A stretch of DNA of 63,872 nt, counting the filler, from Blastocystis sp. subtype 4 (taxonomy: Eukaryota), in NCBI RefSeq assembly GCF_000743755.1. It is 8 parts of 8 records of this genome, joined end to end, with 100 filler letters (N's around TTAATTAATTAA, not from the genome) between each part and the next. Parts side by side here need not be neighbours in the genome. Positions count along the whole stretch, not along the records: positions 1 to 9,269 come from NW_014569126.1; positions 9,370 to 18,002 come from NW_014569125.1; 6 more parts are not named here. One strand, 5' to 3'. How positions within the stretch are numbered: position 1 is the stretch's first letter; the number at the start of each line of letters is the position of its first letter. Under the pieces are notes generated by a model, which saw only the letters and a program-made list of their open reading frames with translations, had not been told where the DNA came from and searched no databases. Positions 1 through 10,789 of this stretch are shown piece by piece. A program made the translations under genes and the position numbers.

Positions 1-227
1 ATCATACGAAACATCATCATCAACCTCCTCAGGCTCCTCAATAGTGGCATCGAGAATGTCATCGATATTATCATCATCCTCTGGAATAGCAGCTTCAACA
101 GCAGCATCCTCAGCATAAGCAGGTACTGATTAAGGTAACAACGGTATTCAGACAAAACAAGGATATGTACAGCAGCAAGACAGAGAACAACGAAGAAGAG
201 CAAAGATAAAAGGTACGAGAATCTCAT
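1..227 (-). CDS. 5' part of a secreted/membrane protein (signal peptide followed by acidic region); runs off the window
   Basis: ATG at 227 gives MRFSYLLSLLFFVVLCLAA (signal-peptide-like); after a probable intron the frame reads DAAVEAAIPEDDDNIDDILDATIEEPEEVDDD. Confidence 0.5.
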   Translation of the reverse strand, partial: MRFSYLLSLLFFVVLCLAAVHILVLSEYRCYLNQYLLMLRMLLLKLLFQRMMIISMTFSMPLLRSLRRLMMMFRM

Positions 228-263
228 TAGATGGAATGAATAGATTATTGCCACTTCGATAAA

Positions 264-1244
264 ATGAACATGTTGCACGTTCAGTGATTCATGCAAATCA
301 TAGTTTCGTTCTCCTTCTGATTCTTGTCCATTCTGATGAATACCATTCTTTCTACCCTTTCTATAGGACAGGAAAAGTGCAATACTACATGCTGCATCGA
401 ATATAGCATCGTTCATGATGGCGTTGTTCTCTCCTTTCTACATAGTTTCATTCACTCTGTAGGCATTATTTGTTTTGATGTGACCTAGATTCACGAGAAA
501 ACGACTCTTCCGGTCACATGTGGTTCAACTCGCTTTGTATACAAAATATAAATCGATTAATTCTATAGAATACATCCAAGAAGAATTTGGAACGAGTCTT
601 TTCTGATGTTCCGTTTTCTCTGTTGGAAGTAGCGAATTATTGCAAATGAAACTGTAGAAATCATCCCCACTTTGTTTGAATCGAGATTCGTTGAACCTTA
701 TTCTTCTTGATTCTATCGACCCATTTCTACAGGATGCAAATGGGAATATGATGAATTTGCGCGATCAAATAGCCATTTTAAAGAAATTGTTGTCATTTCA
801 AGAAGATGAACAGAGTTGCATAATAATTTTACTACCAGAAGAACTAGGATCACAACAAACAAGAGATGCTGTCATCGTGAGGATAGCCGAGATCTTTAAC
901 GAATAGAGATTTTGTCAGCTCCGAGTGAACCTATCCGAGACTTCTTGTGTGTGTACACTTTCGAAACCTGTGAGTATTGGGAGAATGCATTCATTGGATA
1001 GTCAGGAAAGGTGATTCAATATCGATACACTCTTGAGAGTCAAGACCACGACATGATTTTGAACGAAATGAAAACGAGTTCCGATATGGAGACTCGATCA
1101 GCAACCGATGCAAGGGGATATGCGGAATCAATATCAATAATTCAGTCATCAATGAACAGAGCTCCCGAACTGGTAATCGAGGAAGATGAAATGGATGAAG
1201 ATGGAGATGAAGATGATCCTATCGATGATGATTTGGATATTTGA
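264..1244 (+). CDS. ELP5: Elongator complex protein 5-like, multi-exon
   Basis: Exons include 676-906 (LILLDSIDPFL) and 1011-1244. C-terminus DEDDPIDDDLDI matches the characteristic ELP5 acidic end (DPDDDLDI). TGTTTGTT follows at ~1265. Start uncertain. Confidence 0.55.
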
Positions 1245-1296
1245 CGTACTTGTAACAGTATGCTTGTTTGTTATTTGTAAACATTTATAGTCACAA

Positions 1297-2019
1297 TCAT
1301 TCTTTCGCTTTGGGTGCGGTCAGTGTATCTACAGGAATGAGTCGGCTACGAAACGTACTCCACGATAAACAGAGAAATGATGTACTGTAAGGGGTACAGT
1401 ATATAATTAAGCACACAAACTATGAGGTAATACAAATGATCTAAAAATCACTTGGAAAAGTGATGAAAAAATGGAGCAAGATACATCATTTGTATACCCA
1501 CATACCAGACACATGACTATATTCAAGTCTCCGAACTACTCCTACCTATAGAAAACACCATACATAAGGTAACCAAGAGGATATGTTTCTTTGTAATACG
1601 GACAAGGAAAAGGCTAACACCTTCGAATTGAGCAACAGCAAGCATTCCAAAGAGCGTTCCTAGGGTAATCCAGCAACTGAACATAAAGCAATTTGTTTGG
1701 ATCTAAAGATGACTCCTCCTCAGTTCCAACTACATGATGAAGAATCCGAAATACAGCCATGAAATAACACAAACAAGATAAGAGCAACAGAAACAAAAAG
1801 AAAAAGCTTTCGGCCCCACTACAACTCAGGATTCGGAAAAAAGCAAACGATTCATTTGCTGTAGTCAGAGGTCTCCATCCAGAAGCCATTACTGCTTCTT
1901 CCTCACCCAATCGCGGTTTCCGTTGTGAACTGTCCCAAGTGTCTCTCTCAGTACTCTATTACTCAGAAATGATCCAAATGGGATACAGATGAAGTTGACC
2001 AAACTGATTCGTTTTCCAT
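1297..2019 (-). CDS. small multi-exon hydrophobic (putative membrane) protein, unknown function
   Basis: ATG at 2019 (MENESVWSTSS), several ~30-nt GT..AG introns, hydrophobic Cys/Phe-rich exons, probable end ...TAPKAKE* at 1297. Confidence 0.4.
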
Positions 2020-2092
2020 TTGAGATGAGTGACAATCTTCAATACACACATGAACGGGAATAGAATAAACAACGAAACCAGATAAACAACGA

Positions 2093-5000
2093 TTACTTAA
2101 TGTTCTCGATAGCCTTCAGCTTGATCACCAGTCGCCAGTCATCATCTGTCAAGTCGCGCTGGAAATTGGCCTTCAGCGCATCAATACTCCTACGAGAGAG
2201 CTATCAATCAACCTCCTTCACCACAACTACATGGGAGTACAACAAATCGGACATCTCAAAGTGACGACCCAAGAGAACGGCTTTTGACGAATCCTTAGGT
2301 TCGATACTGATCGATACAGCTTTGCCGGGTCGGGCTTCAGTCAGTTCCTTATGGTCGACCTCCAGAGACTTCACCACGCCAATATCGAGATAATTCACAG
2401 TCTACTTTTCATGCTCCTTCCACACACCTACTTCAACAGTTTCCACAGTTTCACCAAGATTCTTGCTCTTTTTGCTATCTTTGAAATTAACATCAGGATC
2501 ATCATTCTCATCTGGCATCCAATCTTCCAGAGTCATCTTCTTCTCACGAACCACCTCGCGTTTCTTTCGCTGTACCACACACAACGGCGTGTTAGGTCGT
2601 AGAATGCCTTCCACAACATCTACACCCACGACAATGGGGTTCGAACGATTGAAGATGTACTGGGGAATGATCTTCAGAATACACGGGAAAATTGCCTCTT
2701 CCCGTGATGCCTCCCGCTTCTCATCCTCTAGCGACTTTAGATATGCTGTGAATTGGTCAAACAAATGATAAATGATATCGGCAGAGAAGATCCGTACGCC
2801 CATCTCCTTCGCTAACTGGGCAGCTTCAGGCACAATCTTCACATCGAAGGCCAGAATCGTTGCGTATTCCTTCTTTCGCTCCAGCATTACAGCAGCTTGA
2901 ATGATATCACGTTTGTGGATGGGACCGATGCTGAAGTCTCCCACAGGAATCGGAGGATTCAAGGAACCCAAAAACTCCAGAAGAGCCTCCAAGGAACCCA
3001 GAGTTGAAGTCTGCACATAGACACCCTCTCCATTCACCTTCAGCAGTTTCTTCACTGACTCCAATTCGTCCTGTACCTGTTCTTGGAGTCTAGGCAAGTC
3101 TTCCTCATTGCGACACACCATCAAAGAGGTGCCTGCAACAGCATCATCCAGATTCTGGGCAGCCACCTTCAGACCTTGAGCAGCCAGGATCTCGTCATGC
3201 TTGATATACATTGTCTTCATTCGCAATTCACGCATCGGCTGTGGTGTCAAGAGGGCACGAATCGTGGTTGTCACAGGGCCATTCATACCACACAGTACAA
3301 TCGTATCACCCACACGAAGACGACCGTTCACAAGAATCACATCTAATGTTGTTCCCAAACCCTCAATCACCTTCTTCTCTAGGACAGTAGCCTTCACTTC
3401 CTCTGTCAGAGTGAGTCGCTTCGCCATGTACTCCTGCGACAGTTTCACCAATAAAGCCAGCAGATCGGGAATACCCTCACCTGACACGGCAGACGTTGGT
3501 ACAAGAGAGATCACATTCTTCGGATCCGTGTTCTCGTAGTACAGAGCAGCATTGAGTCCTTGCTCCATGAAGGCTGTGATGGTACTCTTCACACGACCCT
3601 GGAACTCGGCTTGGGTATAATCGGGTTGCAACTTCAAGGAGTCACGGATAGGAAGATTCAATCTTGACTTCCAGCCATATAAGCGATCCACCTTATTCAG
3701 AGCTACCACAAAGGGACAGTTACGCTTGCGTAGCATGTTGAGAGACTCGATGGTTTGAGGCTCCAGCAAATGCATTATGTCTACTACAAGAATGGCAAGA
3801 TCACATAGATTGCTTCCTCGTGAACGCAGATTGCTAAAGCTCTCGTGACCAGGAGTATCGATCACCAGCAAGCCAGGAACTTTGTATTGAAGATCCAATT
3901 GTTTCCGCAGCTTCTCTGTAGACTTCTCGATATTTTCGATAGGGAAATAAGTGGCTCCAATCTGTTGTGTGATACCTCCTGCTTCACTTCCCTGCACCGA
4001 CGTGTGACGAATCTTATCCAGAAGTGAAGTCTTTCCAGTATCGACATGACCCATAATCACACAAATTGGAGAACGAAGACTGCTCATTGCCTCCTTCTCC
4101 TTCGCAGCAGCAGCTGCAGCCGCTCGTTTCTCCTCCTCACGTTGACGATTCTCCAACTCACGTTGTTCCTTCTTACTAAGCTGGGGTTTCTTTTCCTCCT
4201 GTTTGGGAGGAGCGACAGGTTCGGATGGGGCAGCAGTCATCGCAGTAGCCACGTCCTCCACACTTTCATTCTCCCAGTCATCTAATACTTCTTCCTCATT
4301 CACTTCCTCCGCCTCCCAATCGTCCAACACTTCTTCCTCCTTTGGTTCTTCTTTAGGAACTTCGGGTTCTTTGGGTTTTTCTAGTTTCGCAGCAGCTTCT
4401 CGCTGTTCCTGTTGCTTTGCCAACAACGAACGCATCATCTCGACCTTGATACGATCCTCTGCCTCCTTCTGCTTTTGCTTGGCAGTTTTGTATGTTCCTT
4501 CACGCTTCTGTCGCTCCTTCTTCTCACGCTCTTTTTCCTTCTTCAGAGCCTTCTTCTTTGCTATCCTTTCCTCCTCTTCGCGAATCTTGCGTTCTTCTTC
4601 TTCCTTCTTTAGTCGCTCTTCCTCCTCAATACGACGTCTTTCCTCCTCTAACTTGCGACGACGCTCCATATCAGCTTGGATCTTCAAAGCAGTTGCAGAG
4701 AGCTTGGGAGTCGCTTCTTTCTTACCCTTCTTCTTCTTTCCACCTTCTGCAGGTGCTGCAGGAGTCGCAGGCGCTGCTTCGGTTCCAACAGCTCCTTCAG
4801 GAGTCTGCGCTTCTGCGCTTGCAACGTTAGCTGCAGGCTTCTTCTTCTTGTTTTTCTTCTTTCCACCTGCTGCAGGAGCTTGATTGGAGAGTGAACTCAA
4901 GAAAGCAGCTGCTGCATCATCTACATTCGCAAAGTTTTCAATTTGAACAGCTGGAGTTGGATCCTTAGGTATTTCCTTAGTTACTTCTTGAGAGACTTCT

Positions 5001-5110
5001 TCCACCTTTTCCACTAATCCCTCCGCCTCTAAAATGGAATCTAGATCGAAATCGTCATCTTTGGCGTTTTTAGGACCTTTCTTGTTGGCGTTCTTCTTCT
5101 TAGGTGCCAT
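2093..5110 (-). CDS. eIF5B: eukaryotic translation initiation factor 5B
   Basis: Charged N-terminus, G-domain motifs GHVDTGKT, DTPGHESF, NKVD. Two 30-nt introns (2402-2431, 2201-2230) join the C-terminal exons, ending ...IENIK*. Confidence 0.97.
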
Positions 5111-5230
5111 TACTGTAGAAAGTCTGAACTAGAGGTTAGGCAAACCACGAGCACATACTTGACTTCTTAGTGTCGATTCTCCAACAACAAGAATCCCACG
5201 GTTATTCGCAACAAACAAACAAACGATCTG

Positions 5231-6214
5231 TTACAACTTGTTAAGTTGTTCGAGGGAGGGAACAAAGTAAAAAGCTCCTGTCACAGGAGTGATGAAGCCT
5301 AAAATGCGGTCCGTAACGCCATCACGCTGTCCATACATAGAACGCTCAATCTCAATAATGTTATGAAGTTTTCCACAATATGCTGTGAACCATAAACCCA
5401 TGTCCGAGCCAGGTGCACCATAAGGAAGAGATTGTCGAACAATCTTGAGGCCCTTTCCATTTTCCTTCACATCAGCACGTCCAACATGTGAGTTATGAGG
5501 CAAGGGACTCAGCTGTACACTATCCAACTTTGTACGACCAATCACCTTCTCCTGTTCTGGAACTTCAACCTTCTCCCACTTCTTCAGATTGTGAATAAAC
5601 CGTTGAACTATTACATACGAAGAGCCAGCACTAGTTAAACCAGCACTAATTCTAGGTTCAATGCCATGAGGATTCTCTGTTCCATCGATAAATCCAGTAA
5701 GATCACGACTATCTTTGTAAACAAAGCCATTCTTCTCATCACAAACGGAGATCAATGGATTATCTTTGTTGAATGAATCAACGGCCAACTTAGCAGCTTC
5801 AAATGTGGCAAACTCTTTCTTACTGTGGATGTGAATATACAAGTCGGTCTGTGTTGACGGAGCAATACCATATCCGGGGAAATCAATGAGCTGATCAGCC
5901 GCCTTTAACAGTTCGTCATTACCATCAGCAAGATAGTTCCATGCCTTCTTACCAAATGAGATAGTGCCAACAATCTTCGTTTTGGTACTAGAGGAAACGG
6001 TCTTCAGAAGAGTATCAAATCCCTTGATGGCATCAATCAGCTGCTTCCGACCATCCGAAAGTTTCGAATAATCCAAGTTATAGATACCAAAGTAGGCACT
6101 TGTATTTCCCTCTGGAAGAATACCAGATTGACAAATCTTCTGGATACTTGCTGAGAATGGCCTAACGAGAGAAGTAACAACTACTCTCTTAGGTACACGC
6201 ACAATAAAGCTCAT
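5231..6214 (-). CDS. DyP-type (dye-decolorizing, YfeX-like) heme peroxidase with N-terminal presequence
   Basis: Intronless 327 aa. DyP motifs DLTGFIDGTENP (GxxDG), IGRTK, SHV (proximal His), IVRQSLPYG, GAFYFVPS. N-terminus is Arg/Ser/Val-rich without acidic residues. Confidence 0.93.
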   Translation of the reverse strand: MSFIVRVPKRVVVTSLVRPFSASIQKICQSGILPEGNTSAYFGIYNLDYSKLSDGRKQLIDAIKGFDTLLKTVSSSTKTKIVGTISFGKKAWNYLADGNDELLKAADQLIDFPGYGIAPSTQTDLYIHIHSKKEFATFEAAKLAVDSFNKDNPLISVCDEKNGFVYKDSRDLTGFIDGTENPHGIEPRISAGLTSAGSSYVIVQRFIHNLKKWEKVEVPEQEKVIGRTKLDSVQLSPLPHNSHVGRADVKENGKGLKIVRQSLPYGAPGSDMGLWFTAYCGKLHNIIEIERSMYGQRDGVTDRILGFITPVTGAFYFVPSLEQLNKL

Positions 6215-6332
6215 TCAAGACAATAGATGGAAGATTGTGTATTCAGTGTGGATCCTTTGATAATTAGAACTACTGAACAGGTAGCCTATTTAGGGCAGCT
6301 TTTTCTTACCTAGAAGTCTTACGTTGTCTGTA

Positions 6333-7850
6333 ATGTCCACTCCTCTTGTTGTCGTATTTATGGGATCCAAGAGCGACCTTTCTCATTGTGAGAAGATTGA
6401 GAAAGCAGTGAAGGTAAGGCTGTTTCCATATGATGATTCTGTAGTCGTACGGTATTGCCTGTGAGATGAGAATTGCTTCTGCTCACAAGACACCAGGTCG
6501 TCTTCTGGAGCTCCTCGAAGTAGTTTATGTATTCTAGGTGATAATATATAGCGATACGAGTCCAAGAAGCAGCCCAAGGTGTACATCACTGTTGCTGGTC
6601 GTTCGAATGCTTTGAGTGGTTTTGCGGATGCGAATGTGGTAAGTCCAGTTATCATATGCCCTCCTTACAGTTCCACTTTCAATGGTGCGGATCTGTTTTC
6701 CTCAATTCGCATGCCTTCTGGTGTGTGTCCGATGCTGGTTCTGGATCCTGAGAATGCTGGTCTTGCTGCAGCGAAGATTCTGGCTCTGAATGACGAGAAG
6801 ATTGCTGGTGCCATTCGTCGTGTCCAGAAGGCGAACCAGCAGACTTTGTATGTTGCAGATGCAGACATTCGTACTAAGTCGTATTTCTCTGTGATTGATG
6901 GAGCTCGAAACAATACTCTTTCCAAGACGAATCTGGATGGAATCAACACAGAGAATCTGTATATTGGAAAGGTGCGTGATCGTTTCGAGTCAGGAAACAA
7001 GGTGATGTTGATCACAACAGATCGTATGTCTGGATTTGATCGTGAACTCTGTACTGTTCCTTTCAAAGGTCAAGTGTTGAATCTGACCTCTGCTTGGTGG
7101 TTCCGCCATACAGAGCACATCATTCCAAACCATATTTTGGCAGTTCCTGATGCGAATGTGACGATTGGTCGTAAGTGTACTCCATTCCCTATCGAGTTTG
7201 TCATGCGAGGATACATCACTGGCTCCACTTCTACTTCTCTCTGGACCAATTATGAGAAGGGAGTTCGCAAGTACTGTGGTATTGACTTGCCTGAGGGACT
7301 TCGTAAGAATCAGAAGTTGTGGGAGAATCTAATTACTCCTACCACCAAGTCGGATGTTCATGATGAACTGATCTCTCCTGAAGATATTGTGCGTCGTGGA
7401 TTCATGACTCAGGAGGATTGGGACTATTGCAGTAGGAAAGCAAAGGAATTATTTGCATTTGGTCAGAAGGTGGCTGATGAACATGGATTGATTCTTGTGG
7501 ATACGAAATATGAATTTGGTAAGGATGAGAATGGAGTAATTCGTCTGATTGATGAGATTCATACTCCTGATTCTTCTCGTTATTGGATCTCAGCTACGTA
7601 TGAGGATCGATTCAAAGCAGGAGAGAATCCTGATAACATTGATAAGGAGTTCTTACGTACTTGGTATAAGTCTCATTGTGATCCTTACAAGGATGAAGTG
7701 TTGCCTGAGGCACCTGCAGATCTTGTTGATGAGTTGTCTCGTCGCTACATTCAACTCTATGAACTCATTACTGGAGAGGATTTCCAGTTCCCTGATTTGA
7801 CGAAGAATGCTGCTGATCGCATTCATGACTGTCTGATTGCCAACCTTTAA
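6333..7850 (+). CDS. AIR carboxylase (PurE, class II-like) - SAICAR synthetase (PurC) fusion
   Basis: ATG at 6333; introns 6414-6444 and 6520-6551 keep frame. PurE part: MGSKSDLSHC, SAHKTP, VAGRSNALSG, SSIRMPSG. PurC part: GKVRD, DRMSGFD, KGQVLN, EFVMRGYITGS, VDTKYEFG, DEIHTPDSSRYW, DKEFLR. Confidence 0.93.
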
Positions 7851-7932
7851 TCTGGTCGGCTTAGTTTTTATGTTTGTTGAGAAATTGTCGTTTGTCATTC
7901 TTCCTTCCATTTTCCCTGGATTTTGGATTATA

Positions 7933-9109
7933 ATGTCTTATGAGCATTGGAAACAAAGTGTTCGAACAGGCTTTAATGTTGGGACACTCTTGAGGAGACA
8001 TTCTGGCATAGAAGTTGGATTTGTTCTTCAAGTTGTTCTAATGATTGTAGAAAGAAAGTTGGTCGTTTGATAGTTTTGGTTTCAGTAAGTGTCTGGGAGC
8101 AGGTCAGTATGGTATTCTCTTTCTCAAATTGGATAAATGGATTAGGGAAAGTGTTTCTTGCAAAAGAAAAGAATTCGGGAGCGATTATCGCCATCAAGGT
8201 GATTTGGTTCAAGAACTACATTGAGAACGGAATCCAAGACCAGATAAAAAATGAAATTGAGGTAAAATTGACTATTGGATAGAATGTAGATTCAATCACA
8301 TCTTGTACATAATCGTATTGTGAGAGTGTATGGAATGTTTCATGATGAAGAAAAATGTTTCTCCTTTGTTGGAAAGTGATCTATAGTGGGAATTGTGATG
8401 GAGTATGCTCCATTTGGTACTTTGTTTAATATGATGTGTTTACCGGAGTACAAAGATGGTTTCTCGAAGGTTCTGGTGCAACAGATTGCTCTTCAAGTTT
8501 ACTCGTTGTCATTCTTTTCTCTTCATTATTGTAGCGCTCTTATGTACTGTCATTCTCACAATGTGATGCATCGAGATTTGAAACCTGAAAACATTTTGAT
8601 CTTTTCTCGAGTTTGGTCTTTGTAGGATTCTGATCGATAGCATACAGATGAGAACGGAAGACTTTGTCTAGACGTGAAGTTAACGGATTTCGGTTGGTCC
8701 GTAGTGAATCATGGTGCTACTAGAAAAACAGTATGTGGTACAAAGTCCTATATGGCTCCTGAAATCTTGAATGCTGTTGGGAATGTGGGATATAGCTATG
8801 AAGCTGAATCTTATGCTTGTGAGTCAATGGGAGTAATTTGATTGGTAGTTGGGACATTGATATATGAGCTAGTTATCGGCATTTCATCCGCTACAAAGAG
8901 TAAAAGAAGGATGGATAAGTGATAGGTAGAAGACTCGTTTGGGAACAAGATCGATCCTGATGCTCTATTCCGTGAAAAAGCATCTCCTTTCGCTTTTGAT
9001 CTTGTTCGGAGGCTCCGCTTGGAGAATTGCCACAAACGATATGAAGGAGATGAAGTACGGCCTTTGTTAAGTAGCATTAAATTCGATAAATTCTTCACTG
9101 AAAAACTCT
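7933..9109 (+). CDS. Aurora-like Ser/Thr protein kinase, multi-exon; stop probably completed by poly(A)
   Basis: KVFLAKEK..IAIKVI, EIEIQSHL, VMEYAPFG, HRDLKPENIL, DFGWSV, RKTVCGT..YMAPE. The glycine-loop region is poorly resolved. Confidence 0.8.
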
Positions 9110-9113
9110 TGTC

Positions 9114-9121
9114 TGTTTGTT
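9114..9121 (+). terminator. TGTTTGTT polyadenylation-positioning motif
   Basis: Exact motif starting 5 nt after T9109, the first base of an in-frame codon of the kinase. Confidence 0.75.
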
Positions 9122-9163
9122 GTCAAGAAACATTCTAATACGACGTCTACCAACTCCCGTAAC

Positions 9164-9269
9164 TTACTTAGCCTTATCAAGAATGATACCATCATACTGT
9201 TTCTTGAACCATTCCATGGCATCCTCACGAGTTACCTTATGAGAATAACCAATTCTGCTACGTTGAGCC
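9164..9269 (-). CDS. RPL11: 60S ribosomal protein L11 (uL5), 3' fragment truncated by gap
   Basis: Reads AQRSRIGYSHKVTREDAMEWFKKQYDGIILDKAK*, matching the RPL11 C-terminus. Confidence 0.88.
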
Positions 9270-9369
9270 NNNNNNNNNNNNNNNNNNNNNNNNNNNNNNN
9301 NNNNNNNNNNNNNTTAATTAATTAANNNNNNNNNNNNNNNNNNNNNNNNNNNNNNNNNNNNNNNNNNNN
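9270..9369. other. assembly spacer (N-run with TTAATTAATTAA linker); the same spacer occurs at 18003-18102, 25984-26083, 37449-37548, 44115-44214, 50742-50841, 57339-57438
   Basis: Seven identical 100-nt N blocks, each with a central 12-mer giving stops in all six frames. Confidence 0.97.
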
Positions 9370-9442
9370 CTATTACCAGCAAATGGCTTATTATCAGATG
9401 GCTTATCAGCAACAGATGATGGCTCAACAGGGAAAGAAGTGA
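9370..9442 (+). CDS. 3' end of an unidentified gene (Q/Y/M-rich tail)
   Basis: YYQQMAYYQMAYQQQMMAQQGKK* followed by TGTTTGTT at ~9461. Confidence 0.45.
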
Positions 9443-9509
9443 ATATGATTGCTAGCATTCTGTTTGTTAGAATTCCCGTGACAAGTACATAGAATATTCA
9501 TTAATAACC

Positions 9510-10707
9510 ATGATTCGACGGATTATCGCTTTTGCAGTTATTGTATTTGGAAGTTTCGTTCTTCTTATACTCTGTTCTCGCAAAGGCAAGGACACTTGGG
9601 AGATACAGCACTATCCGGAGAACATGTATTATCCATGGAAGGACAAACGAGGTAATGAATGGTTTTGATACAAACTGTAGACTATAATGAAATTTGCAAC
9701 AAAATGAAAGCCTATATGAATCAGAATCATGCAAAACCTATAATAATCTACGGAAGTACGGGAGGACTTGGACACAAATTTATCTGTGCATCCCATGGTG
9801 TGTCTGTTGCGATAGCTGGAAAACGGCCTGTCAAATGTACTTGATGTTTCATATTGATTCTCATTGTTAGTTTTCCTACCTCACAATTTCTGGTCTGTGG
9901 TGAATCCTTGCTTTAATGACAGGTTTGATGGAAGTGCGAGTTCATACGACGTCTAATGAATAGGTATTGAGGGTCTACCGGTTTGTTCTCGTCAGCAACC
10001 TTGTTTAAACGAAACTAATAGAGTAATTGACGTTCAGAATCAATTAAAGAATGAGGAGCTTGTATATATAGATTTTAGACCCCCAAATATTCTTGTTATC
10101 AATTCTACCATTGTGGCCGATCTGAAACGGGCAGAAATCCTACAACCAGGTGATTCTTTTTTCGATTATAATCACATTTTGTTCCGTTTGATGGTAAATC
10201 CGTCGAAGAGCTTTCGGAAAATTATTTTAGACGAAAGTACTCGAATGTTTCAAAAGCGACCAGTATTGGGTGTTCAGATCCGGGCAGCTGGATTACTTGC
10301 CGATGCGAAAGAGTCTGTGTCTTTTATCGATGAAGAAGCACTAGAAAAAGTTCCTAGTATTATTCTCGATACAATTCGACAATTCAATTTCGATAAGACA
10401 ATACAGGGTATCTATCTATCTACCGACAGTAAGATTGTTGAAAACTTTCTACAAGAGATCTTGGGAACTGATTTTCCTATTTTGAAGACTGATATGTATA
10501 AACGAGGCCATTCTACAGGTTCCCCAAAGGAAGATGTTGTAAAACGAGCTTTGTTGGATGTGTATATGTTAGCTGAGTGTGATGGTCTTTTAACAACCCA
10601 AGGAAGTGGTTTCGGTGGAATCGCACAGGCATTGTCACTATCACCTTTAAGAGCGACAATTCCAGTTCAGAGAAAGAAGGTTATAGTTCCAGGAAGAGGA
10701 CATAAAT
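9510..10707 (+). CDS. type II membrane fucosyltransferase-like glycosyltransferase (GT-B fold, alpha-1,2/1,6/O-FucT superfamily)
   Basis: N-terminal TM (MIRRIIAFAVIVFGSFVLLILC), GGLGH motif, VLGVQIR (motif I), IYLSTDS (motif II), DVYMLAECD...SGFG (motif III); short introns. Confidence 0.78.
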
Positions 10708-10711
10708 GGTA

Positions 10712-10719
10712 TGTTTGTT
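10712..10719 (+). terminator. TGTTTGTT polyadenylation-positioning motif
   Basis: Starts 5 nt after T10707, the first base of an in-frame TGG codon. Confidence 0.75.
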
Positions 10720-10789
10720 TGAACCAATTGATGGGATCTGAACCATAATTCTTAGATATCCAACAAACAAATCATAACACAAACTACAC

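Noticed and set aside
2351..4894. Numerous plus-strand ORFs (up to 226 aa) opposite eIF5B
   Set aside because: Ser/Phe/Leu-rich mirror translations of an E/K-rich coding strand, with no independent gene signals.
9314..9325. TTAATTAATTAA palindrome repeated seven times in the window
   Set aside because: Always centred in a 100-nt N block; an artificial six-frame-stop contig linker, not a biological repeat or target site.
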